Positions 11,940 through 23,370 of a DNA stretch of 64,000 bases are shown here, piece by piece. Within the stretch, counting starts at the first letter, position 1. Every line of letters starts with the position of its first letter. Position numbers and translations under genes: made by a program. Source of the stretch: Macrostomum lignano (taxonomy: Eukaryota); NCBI GenBank assembly GCA_002269645.1, contig NIVC01001358.1:1-64000 (forward strand), in the 5' to 3' direction. The notes beneath the pieces were generated by a model, which saw only the letters and a program-made list of their open reading frames with translations, had not been told where the DNA came from and did no database searches.

Positions 11940-12760
11940 GTTCAATACAACTCCAAGCAAAAATGATCTCGAACTCTCCTAGAATGGGAAAGGCAAAGCT
12001 CTATCGCCTGAATCGTGTAGGAAAATCAGGGCCCTGTTCGACCAAGGAGTTTCCCAGCGTGCCAAAGTCACGTACGCAGAAAACGTGCGTCCAGCAAGCA
12101 CTCAGGCGCCACAGCAGCACTGGCAAAACAGACTGTGGCTCAAGACCTGGCAGGGCACCGAAAACTGACCACCGACTGGATCGACGAATTGTGCGAATGC
12201 CCGAGTCCAACCGTCGGCTAACCGCTGTGGACATCAGCCGTAAACTTTTGGTGTCCAGCTGCACCCCATGACTGTCCGCCGCCGTCTGGTAGCTGCCGGA
12301 CTGCATGGCCGCATTGCTAGGAAGAAGCCATTCATCTCCGACAAAAACCGGAAGCGGCGCTTGAACTGGGCGAAGCAACATGCAAGCTCTACACCCCAGG
12401 ACTGGGGCCAAGGTCATCTGGAGTGATGAGAGCAAATTTTCCCGCACTGGTTCTGATGGTCGCCGGTATGTGCGCCACCGAGCTGGTGAGGAATTCGATT
12501 CCAGGTGCCCCGTTGGTTCCATGAAGCATGTAGATGGCAATGTCATGGTGTGGGCTGCATTCTCCAGAGCTGGACCTGGGCCAATAACTCGCATTGAGGG
12601 CATCATGGACAGAGGCTGTAGATGCGCTGCCAGTTTCAGCAGGACAACGATCCGAAGCTTGCTGAGAACAACATCCGCACCATGGACTGGCAATCCAATT
12701 GAGAATCTGTGCAACTGGGTCGAGCTGGACTGGGTTCATAACTTCACCGAATGACGATAG
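11940..12760 (+). pseudogene. Degenerate Tc1-family transposase (HTH plus DDE remnants, frameshifted)
   Basis: Motifs across frames: RPGRAPKTDHRLDRRIVR, RRRLVAAGLHGRIARKKPFIS, KVIWSDESKF, VMVWAAFS, FQQDNDPK, NPIENL. Several frameshifts and deletions; no TIRs found. Confidence 0.9.
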
Positions 12761-12917
12761 CTGCATGTGGATCTAATATCCCCACGATTACTAACCAAAG
12801 AAATAAAATGTCTAGCTTTTGATGAGATTGTGAGACTACATGTACATTACAGTATACACATGTATAAACTATACTAGACAAACAACTACACTACCAGCGT
12901 AGCTCGAATACACGTAC

Positions 12918-15900
12918 ACGTTGTGTATACTTCAATCGGTCGAATAAATAGAAAAACCATCCTCCATCAACTCCGCCCCTTCGATCCACCTCCATCAGCT
13001 CCGCCCCTACCGCCCCCCATCAGCTCCGCTCCTAACGCCCCCATCAGCTCCGCCCCTCCAAAAGCTCCGCCGCTACCGCCCCCATCAGCTCCGCCCCTCC
13101 AAAAGCTCCGCCGCTACCGCCCCCCATCAGCTCCGCCCCTCCAAAAGGTCCGCCCCAACGCCTCCCTTCATCAGCTCCTCTACGACAAAGTAATGGTTAA
13201 ACACAGCGTGCAGCTCTAAGACAGCGAATATACAGTTATCAACAAATCATTCTCTAGGAAACTTGATCGACACAAATAATTGGCACCAGTATTGCTTTCG
13301 ACTACGTTAACGAGACGCGCCAATTCAAATAGGACGCCATACGAGATCTTTGCGAGTATTGCAAGACAACAGTGGCAGAAAAAGACTAGAGTGGGAAGTG
13401 AGTTGCTTGCTTCCTATTCAGGTTAGTATTTTGCGTTGGTCTAACTTGAGCCTGGGGCACAGACTGTGGTCAGGGAAAGAGCAGGGAAAGTGGAAGTAGG
13501 AAAAGTGACTCCAATTTTATTTACGTACCAAGATTTCCTTGGTTCTATCCGCGATCCGAAGATCAAATATACTAAGTCTGCGGAGCTCAGTCTGCTTTCC
13601 ATATACTCGTACCTTTGCTTGAGGAGCATTTGGATCAGTGAGGAGTCTGGCTAAAGTCTCGTTTCGATTGCCAAAAGCGATACAGTATTACATTACAATG
13701 TATTTCAAGCGATTAAACTGGTCAATGGGCTATAAGTTGCATTCAGCAACAGATTCATATTGAGGCCACACAATGTGACATTATTGGCACAATGTTACGT
13801 CAATAAATGCAGAAGTATTGTATATAGTTGTAATACAGAAAAGCGACAATAGTTAGATAATGACATTGGAAATTGAATTTCGCGATAGTATTACACCAAC
13901 GCCACACGGCATTAACGCCGAACGAAAATGCACGGACTTGAAAGTAAACGATTTGCTTGGTTGCGTCGGAATTAAATCAGTAAATCAGTAAGAAGCATAC
14001 GCTTTTTAAATTGCGAGTACCCGGTATGCACCATCACAGTTCGCAGCTGGGCAAATTATTCTGAAGAGAAGAAGAATTACGATTTTATTAGCAGAGCTAC
14101 GAGAAGGGGAGCCGCCGGGGGAGGAGGGGCTAGGGAAAGAGGAGGGTATAAAAGGCTATTTAAGAACACTGTAGCAGACGGGTTATGCATGACACAGTAA
14201 GTAAAACAGAGAGGAGGGAAGAGCGTAACGAAGGGATAACCAAGGAGAGTAGAGGGTGGGCGCTGGAGTGGAGGAGAGGGAGGGCGCTGGAGTGGAGGAG
14301 AGGGAGGGCGCTGGAGTGGAGGAGAGGGAGGGCGCTGGAGTGGAGGAGAGGGAGGGCGCTGGAGTGGAGGAGAGGGAGGGCGCTGGAGTGGAGGAGAGGG
14401 AGGGCGCTGGAGTGGAGGAGAGGGAGGGCGCTGGAGTGGAGGAGAGGGAGGGCGCTGGAGTGGAGGAGAGGGAGGGCGCTGGAGTGGAGGAGAGGGAGGG
14501 CGCTGGAGTGGAGGAGAGGGAGGGCGCTGGAGTGGAGGAGAGGGAGGGCGCTGGAGTGGAGGAGAGGGAGGGCGCTGGAGTGGAGGAGAGGGAGGGCGCT
14601 GGAGTGGAGGAGAGGGAGGGCGCTGGAGTGGAGGAGAGGGAGGGCGCTGGAGTGGAGGAGAGGGAGGGCGCTGGAGTGGAGGAGAGGGAGGGCGCTGGAG
14701 TGGAGGAGAGGGAGGGCGCTGGAGTGGAGGAGAGGGAGGGCGCTGGAGTGGAGGAGAGGGAGGGCGCTGGAGTGGAAGAGAGGGAGGGCGCTGGAGTGGA
14801 GGAGAGGGAGGGCGCTGGAGTGGAGGAGAGGGAGGGCGCTGGAGTGGAGGAGAGGGAGGGCGCTGGAGTGGAGGAGAGAGAGGGCCCTGGAGTGGAGGAG
14901 AGGGAGGGCGCTGGAGTGGAGGAGAGGGAGGGCGCTGGAGTGGAGGAGAGGGAGGGCGCTGGAGTGGAGGAGAGGGAGGGCGCTGGAGTGGAGGAGAGGG
15001 AGGGCGCTGGAGTGGAGGAGAGGGAGGGCGCTGGAGTGGAGGAGAGGGAGGGCGCTGGAGTGGAGGAGAGGGAGGGCGCTGGAGTGGAGAGAGAGGGCCC
15101 TGGAGTGGAGGAGAGGGAGGGCGCTGGAGTGGAGGAGAGGGAGGGCGCTGGAGTGGAGGAGAGGGTAGGGGCTGATGGGAGAAGAGGGTGGGCGCTGGAG
15201 GGGAGTAGAGGATGGGGGCTGGAAAGTAAAGGAAGAGAGGGTAGGGGCTAGAGAGGGGGAGGCGCTGGAGGTGGAAAGAGGGAATAGTAGAGGCTGGATA
15301 GGGAAAAGTATAACGCGGGAAGGATAGGAAAAGCAGGAGGGTATGGAGAGTATAGGGAGGGCATAGAGGGTACAGGGAGTCCATGGGTGGGTATAGAAAA
15401 AGTATGGAGGGTATGGAGGGTATGGAGAGGTTATAAGGAGAGTATAGGGATGGTATGGAGGGTATAGGGATGGTATTGAGGGTATAGGAATGGTATGGAG
15501 GGTATAGGGATGGTATGGAGGGTATATGGAGGGTAAGAATGGGTATAGAAGGGTATGGAGGGTATAGGGAGAGTATTGAGGGTATATGGAAGGCATAGAG
15601 GGTAGAATGGGAAGGAATGGAAGGGTAGAATGGGAGGGAATGGAGGGGGTAGAATGTGAGGGAATGGAAGGGTAGAATGGGAGGGAATGGTGGGGGTAGA
15701 ATGGGAGGGAATGGAGGGGTAGAATGGGAAGGAATGGAAGGGTAGAACGGGAGGGAAAGGTGGGGTAGAATGGGAGACACAGAAAAACTGCTTACTAGAA
15801 CAAATATAATATTAAAGTACACCTTGCAACATTTTTGTTAGCATTAGCTAGATAGAGGCACCTGGAAAAGAGTTGGCAATATCCAACTATAACTTATTGA

Positions 15901-18900
15901 ACTTAAGGTAGTTAAATAGTTCCATATTTTCTAGCTCTATAGTTTCGCCTTTTTGAAAGGTGCTTGAAATGCTGAATTCAATTTTCCAATTTGAAATCCA
16001 TTTCTAGATTTTGAATTGCCTTGGGTTTATAGCTTAAAACCCAAGGGTGAAAAGATTGAAGGGCAGGATGGCGGAAATTGGGGGATGGGCAGGATAGGAA
16101 GGAATTGGGGGGTGGGCAGGATAGGAGGGAATTGGGGGGTGGGCAAGATAGGAGGGAATTGGGGGTGGGCAGGATAGGAGGGAATTGGGGGGGTGGGCAG
16201 GATAGGAGGGAATTGGGGGATAGGCAGGATAGGAGGGAATTGGGGAGGGCAAAGATGGGAGATAATTGAGAAGCATGATATAAAGGAATTAAGAGAGGGA
16301 AAAAGTAAAAATATAATGATTGAGAGAACAGACATAGGTAGAGGATAGGCAGACTAGAGTAGATATGCCTAGGCTAAATGCAATATAAGTATATAACTAG
16401 CAATCTTCGCCCCCGTTGGGGGACATCTGGATAGAATCTCTGTTCTCTACAAGTAACAAAAAGATAGCCAAAAAAGCCTTCACAAAGACGACAGACAAAC
16501 TGCTCAAATAAAGTGTAATGCAAAAAGAAATCATCCCAAGACAGCAAGCATCCCCAAATAGCAAGCATCCCCCAGATTGCAAGCATCCCCCAGATAGCAA
16601 GCATCCCCCAGATAGCAAGCATCCCCAAATAGTAAGCATCCACCATACAATAAGTACCCGGTAGCTAGTGCTACAATTTCCTTAGCTCTATAGTGGCTCC
16701 TTTAACATTGGCATGACGCTTACTTTTACGTTTGAAATTGTGTAAATTTTATGTTTGACATGGTGGCTCCTAAATGTTTGACATGGTGGCTCTTTTATGT
16801 TCGACATGGTGGCTCTTTAATGTTCGACATGGTGGCTCTTTAATGTTAGACATGGTGGCTCTTTAATGTTCGACATGGTGGCTCTATAATGTTAGACATG
16901 GTGGCTCTTTAATGTTAGACACGGTGGCTCTTTAATGTTCGACATGGTGGCTCTTTAATGTTCGACATGGTGGCTGTTTAATGTTAGACATGATGGCTCT
17001 TTAATGTTTGACATTGCGGCTCTTTAATATTTGACATGGTGGCTCTTTTATGTTGGACATGGTGGTTCTTTTATGTTCTACATGGTGGCTCTTTTATGCT
17101 TGACATGGTGGCTCTTTAATGTTTGACATGATGGCTCTTTTATGTTCGACATGGTGGCTCTTCTATGCTTGACATGGTGGCTCTTTACTGTTTGACATGG
17201 AGTCACATATATGTTTGACATGGTGGCTCTTTTATGTTTGACAAGGTGGCTCTTTAATGTTTTACGAGGTGGCTCTTTAATGTTCTTCATGGTAGCTCTT
17301 TTATGTTAGACATGATGGCTTTTTAATTTTCGACATGGTAGCACTTTAATGTTAGACATGGTGGCTCTTAAATGTTTGACGTGGTGGCTCTTTTATGTTC
17401 GACATGGTGGCTCTTTAATGTTCGACATGGTGGCTTTTTAATGTTAGACATGGTGGCTCTTTAATGTTAGACATGGTGGCTCTTTAATATTCGACATGGT
17501 GGCTCTTTAATGTTAGACATGGTGGCTCTTTAATATTCGACATGGTGGCTCTATAATGTTAGACATAGTGGCTCTTTAATGTTCGACATGGTGGCTCTAT
17601 AATGTTAGACATGGTGGCTCTTTAATATTCGACATGGTGGCTCTTTAATGTTTGACATTGAGGCTCTTTAATGTTTGACATGGTGGCTCTTTTATGTTGG
17701 ACATGGTGGTTCTTTTATGTTCGACATGGTGGCTCTTTTATGTTTGACATGGTGGCTCCTTACTGTTTGACCTGGATTCACATATATGTTTGACATGGTG
17801 GCTCTTTTATGTTCGACATGGTGGCTCTTTTATGCTTGACATGGTGGCTCTTTACTGATTGACATGGAGTCACATATATGTTTGACATGGTGGCTCTTTT
17901 ATGTTTGACATGGTGGCTCTTTTATGTTTGACATGGTGGCTCTTTTATGTTTGACATGGTGGCTCTTTAATGTTAGACATAGTGGCTCTTTAATGTTCGA
18001 CATGGTGGCTCTTTAATGTTAGACATGGTGGCTCTTTAATATTCGACATGGTGGCTCTTTAATGTTAGACATAGTGGCTCTTTAATGTTCGACATGGTGG
18101 CTCTATAATGTTAGACATGGTGGCTCTTTAATATTCGACATGGTGGCTCTTTAATGTTTGACATTGAGGCTCTTTAATGTTTGACATGGTGGCTCTTTTA
18201 TGTTGGACATGGTGGTTCTTTTATGTTCGACATGGTGGCTCTTTTATGTTTGACATGGTGGCTCTTTACTGTTTGACCTGGATTCACATATATGTTTGAC
18301 ATGGTGGCTCTTTTATGTTTGACATGGTGGCTTTTTTATGTTTTACATGGTGGCTCTTTAATGTTAGACATGGTGGCTCTTTAATATTCGACATGGTGGC
18401 TCTTTAATGTTTGACATTGAGGCTCTTTAATGTTTGACATGGTGGCTCTTTTATGTTGGACATGGTGGTTCTTTTATGTTCGACATGGTGGCTCTTTTAT
18501 GTTTGACATGGTGGCTCTTTACTGTTTGACCTGGATTCACATATATGTTTGACATGGTGGCTCTTTTATGTTTGACATGGTGGCTTTTTTATGTTTTACA
18601 TGGTGGCTCTTTAATGTTAGACATGGTGGCTCTTTAATGTTCGACATGGTGGCTCTTTAATGTTCGACATGGTGGCTCTTTAATGGTCGACATGATGGCT
18701 CTTTAATGTTCGACATGGTGGCTCTTTAATGTTTGACATGGTGGCTCTTTAATGTTTGACATTGTGCTTTTTTGTGTTTAGCATTTGTGTTTTTAAGGTT
18801 TTTGAATAAAAAAATCTTTTTGCACTACTAAGATTCGAACCCAGGTCGCTGCATTAGCATTCCAGTCTGTTCGCATCTATGCTATCTCTTGTCAATTGGA

Positions 18901-20367
18901 ATACGTGAATTGTGGCCCTTATAATTAAATTCTTATAGCAAATCGGTTAGAGTAAAAAGTTATGACATAATCAATTTCTCAGTCAGCCAATATCAGTGTC
19001 AATTTAAGTTGGCAATATTGTTACGCAATTTAAATCAAGTTTTGTGTGCATTTGTTCGGCACTGTTTTCAACTGGTTGTGATGTAATCTTTATCACAATT
19101 GGAATTCAGTCAGTCAGTTTTTTCTCTAGCATTCTTACAATGCATTTCAGGTCGAAAGAGCTGCTTGACCTTTGCAAAAAAGCATGTTTTTCGAATATTT
19201 AATCCCTTTAATATTGAGCAATTTCTTAGCCAAGATGCATGTACCGTCCCAGGAAAATTTCTGATCGAATGGTGCAAGTTTGAAGAAAATCGGTTGAGCC
19301 ATTTTTTCTGAAATCTATCGCATACCTACCTACCTACCTACCCACAGACAACTCATTTTTAGTATATAGGATTCATATGACAATAAATATAAAGTAAATA
19401 CACAACTGAACTAATATTAATTAATTTATTCATTAGGAAGGTTATTGGCTTCTTTTTCTTTTTCTATAGCTAGGCCTATACATTTCATAATATTGGCCTA
19501 CAACAATTATTAGATTGTTAGACAAGAAGCATAAAATATAATAGGGTCTAAAATAGCTAGCCTATTTTAGACCATATACATTTTATAGACTAATAATTTA
19601 GTAGGCCTACTCTTAATAGCTATAGGCCTATTACTAAAATAAAATAACATAGCTAGCTACCTATCATAGGCCTAAAATTGACAAGGCCTTTTGTGTTTCT
19701 TTTCATGGTACAAGTATAGAGTGATATTAAAATAAAGAATACAACTAAGAGCTAAAAAATTATACTAAATACCTGGCAATAAAGAAGAAAAACAAAGTAG
19801 ATTAAAGCAGAATGCAGTACAAAATGGCCCACATATTGATAAGAAGGCCAATATAAGGCCAATAACTGGGTGAGCCAAGGCCACCTAGCTAGCTAGCCAT
19901 CAAGCTTTTACTTTTTTTTAAGCCAATTAATATCTGCCTGCAACAGGACCATTTCATCCTTATTGTCATTGTCAAGAGGTCCAAGTAGCTAGTTTATTTT
20001 ACAATCATTAACCTCCTAATTAAATTTCATTCAGTCATGTCATACATGGCTTTTTGTGCAAGCTAGGGCGACACATTTCCAAAGTTTTCGACTCTAGACA
20101 CAAACTGCTTTATTAGTCTAGGTCTTGAATTCATACATACTAACACAATGCCCTATAGGCTATACTAATTAAATATGTCGAGCCATTATAATATTGGTTG
20201 TGCGTAGGCTTTTGAATTGCGCGCCATAACTGCCCAATACAAGTATATACAGTCCGCTTTTAATCAGAAGGAAAGCATGTTATGCTGGCAGTCGACATGC
20301 CATCTACCCTATCTAATCGTAGAAAACGTTTACCTTTTCTACCGATTAAATCCATGCTGGTCGGGTG
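12918..20367 (-). repeat. Right arm (7450 bp) of the giant inverted repeat
   Basis: Runs from ACGTTGTGT (12918) to GGTCGGGTG (20367). Unique sequence mirrors the left arm; the differences I found are confined to tandem arrays. Confidence 0.97.
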
Positions 20368-20855
20368 CATTGTTGCTGCTGCTGCTGCAAGCGTGTTAAA
20401 ATGTTAGTTCAATAAAACAAAACCTATAATATCGTTAATATAAAGAGCTAAAAAGCGAAGCTAACAAGCATTTGTGTAAGTTTGACAACAAGTTTAGTTT
20501 ATTTAAATGTTTCACTTTTAAAAGCTAGTCATGGGATTTAGCGTTTTTGGGAGTTTTTAAATGTTACCTTTTTCACAGCCGCGCGCGCGGGCCCGCCAGT
20601 TGAGCCCCTGGAGCCCGTAGATTTTATTTTATTAGCTTTTCTGCTTTAAACTAAATTTGATTGTCTTACGGCCAGCAGTTACAAAATAAGCACTACACTA
20701 GGTTTAGACTTAGGCCTACACCCGGTAAATTCGATCGTTAATAATTTTCAGTGACAAATTAAATTATGCATGCTTTTATAATTGGCAATCTTCTACTTTA
20801 AATTATTTTCCCGTGAAAAATAGTGTAAAATACGAAGTCATTAGTCATTAGAGTG

Positions 20856-21120
20856 TCAATAATAGTGCCTAACCCAATACAGGAAGTTCCCAAACACTTT
20901 TGGCGGCGGGAAGAGGCGGCGCCACAGGTACTCATTGAGGACGTTGAGGTGGGTGTCAAACACGACAAACAGGGCGTCCCTAGTGCCGTGCATCGCCCTG
21001 AATTTAGCCTTGACGCCTGCCCATGACCCCTCAATGGTGTTAATAAGGACGGCCGGGTCATGGGGGTCCACGAAATGGAATCGGTGATTGACAGCCACAT
21101 GATTCTGCAAGCCGCCATAG
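20856..21120 (-). pseudogene. C-terminal fragment of a Merlin/IS1595 (ISXO2-like) transposase
   Basis: HVAVNHRFHFVDPHDPAVLINTIEGSWAGVK...LNEYLWRR fits the recalled HxxVNHxxxFVDP...NTIEGxW...YLxExxWR signature. The N-terminal part is missing. Confidence 0.85.
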
Positions 21121-21190
21121 GCCTGCCTGATAGGCTGAAAAGTTTGTGTAAATGTGAAAATAATTTAACGCAGTAAATTAGAAGATTGCC

Positions 21191-21291
21191 GCCTTATTAC
21201 CCTAAGGCCTAAGACAAAACAAAATGTTTAAAACTGATAATATAAGGCAATACATTTTGTTTTTTGTCTTAGGCCTTAGGGTAATAAAGGC
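21191..21291. repeat. ~100-bp hairpin (37/40-bp arms, 24-nt loop), MITE-like
   Basis: GCCTTATTACCCTAAGGCCTAAGACAAAACAAAATGT vs ACATTTTGTTTTTTGTCTTAGGCCTTAGGGTAATAAAGGC; they differ only by homopolymer indels. Confidence 0.85.
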
Positions 21292-22132
21292 TTCCAGTCA
21301 ATCTGGCAACAAGACAATCCGCCGACAGATTTTGTATTGTAGATTTTATGGATTTTAGATACCAGCACAACTTTACATGTAGTTTTTAATTTTTCATGTA
21401 GAGAATTCACTTTAAGATGGTATCTTTTATAATAAAAATTGTACATGATATTTATAGCTTGCACTTCGGATATAATTTAAAGTGTATTGTCAAACATTTT
21501 AATGTAATAGTATATCTGAGGAGAGGATGAAACTAGTGTATGGCCCTTTAGTGAAATTAAGGAATGCATGATAGAAGACATTCAATTAAAAATAAATAGC
21601 AATAATATAAATAGTAATAATAATAGGGTCTAATAATAATATTAATAGTAATAGTAATAACAATCATAACAAATATAAAAAATAATAAAAGCTTTCTAAT
21701 CTATTTAAATGCCAAATAGTCTATTTAATAGCCTTTTACTACACCTTATTACCAGATTGACTATTACCATTTTGATTATTGCCACATTGTCTATTACCAG
21801 ATTGTATTGCCAGATTGACTGGAAGTGAAAACTAATAAAAATAGGGAGAAAAAGAAATTGTATAAACTCTAATTTAATATTTCTAAATCTTAACACTTAC
21901 TTAAACTTGTAACTACTTTGGGCCTATGCTACCCTATTTGCTAGCAAAGTACACAATAAATTTATTTAGTAGTATTAGAAGGTTTGAAATTGTAGTAAGA
22001 AGTATGCAATTGTTAACTTTTTCTAGACTTGGCCTTATAGGTCTATAATTAAAGTATTAAACTATATTTTTTCCTTTTTTATTTCACATTTTTATAGGCC
22101 TAGGGTCTAGAAAATTGTATAGTCCATTTTAT

Positions 22133-22802
22133 NNNNNNNNNNNNNNNNNNNNNNNNNNNNNNNNNNNNNNNNNNNNNNNNNNNNNNNNNNNNNNNNNNNN
22201 NNNNNNNNNNNNNNNNNNNNNNNNNNNNNNNNNNNNNNNNNNNNNNNNNNNNNNNNNNNNNNNNNNNNNNNNNNNNNNNNNNNNNNNNNNNNNNNNNNNN
22301 NNNNNNNNNNNNNNNNNNNNNNNNNNNNNNNNNNNNNNNNNNNNNNNNNNNNNNNNNNNNNNNNNNNNNNNNNNNNNNNNNNNNNNNNNNNNNNNNNNNN
22401 NNNNNNNNNNNNNNNNNNNNNNNNNNNNNNNNNNNNNNNNNNNNNNNNNNNNNNNNNNNNNNNNNNNNNNNNNNNNNNNNNNNNNNNNNNNNNNNNNNNN
22501 NNNNNNNNNNNNNNNNNNNNNNNNNNNNNNNNNNNNNNNNNNNNNNNNNNNNNNNNNNNNNNNNNNNNNNNNNNNNNNNNNNNNNNNNNNNNNNNNNNNN
22601 NNNNNNNNNNNNNNNNNNNNNNNNNNNNNNNNNNNNNNNNNNNNNNNNNNNNNNNNNNNNNNNNNNNNNNNNNNNNNNNNNNNNNNNNNNNNNNNNNNNN
22701 NNNNNNNNNNNNNNNNNNNNNNNNNNNNNNNNNNNNNNNNNNNNNNNNNNNNNNNNNNNNNNNNNNNNNNNNNNNNNNNNNNNNNNNNNNNNNNNNNNNN
22801 NN
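22133..22802. other. Assembly gap (670 N)
   Basis: Run of N. Confidence 1.
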
Positions 22803-23370
22803 CTGGTCACGTGACCAACTAGACTGAAGCTGGCGCTAGCGGCTGCCTCTGATTGGTCAGCAGAGCGCGGGGCAGCGGGCTGAGGCTCCGGGACTTCTGC
22901 GGCCGGACGAGCTGAGAAGGCGCTGGGCGCGGCGCTGGTGGTCCGCATGGCAGAGTTGAACCGGTCCTTGTCCAGCTTGGTGGACACTCCGCGCGTTGTT
23001 GAAATTCCAGCCAGGCTGGTGGTGGTGGCAGCGGAGGTGGCGGCACCCGATGGCCACTAGCAGCTGGTGGCGCAGTGCGCAATGCAGTTGAAGTCCCCAG
23101 GCTCAGCTGCAGGTTGAGCGACGTTGATGCTCCGCTGGGACGATTGGCAGCAAGGCTGGAGCCTCCACCAGTCAGCACAGATGGGCGCGTTGTGGACAGA
23201 GCTGTTGATGATAGCAGGCTGGTTCCAAAGCCACTAGTGGAGCCAATGGTTGGAGCTGTAGCCGATGCTGGCTTGAGCCCAAAACTAGTGTTCAGCTTTG
23301 GTGGCATGGCAAGCTTAGAGCTGAGAACTGAAGATGTCAGAGACAATTTGGTCTTGTCTGACATTGCCAT
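22803..23370 (-). CDS. Partial exon of an S/T/A/G-rich low-complexity protein (FG-nucleoporin-like composition), running into the gap, probably with a 1-bp frameshift near 23053
   Basis: Acceptor TTTCAG ends at 23377, just before the ATG at 23370. Frame 1 reads MAMSDKTKLSL...SFGLKPASATAPTIGSTSGFGTSLL...; the same composition continues in a shifted frame (PSGAATSAATTTSLAGISTTRGVSTKLDKDRFNSAM...). Family assignment rests on composition only. Confidence 0.5.
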
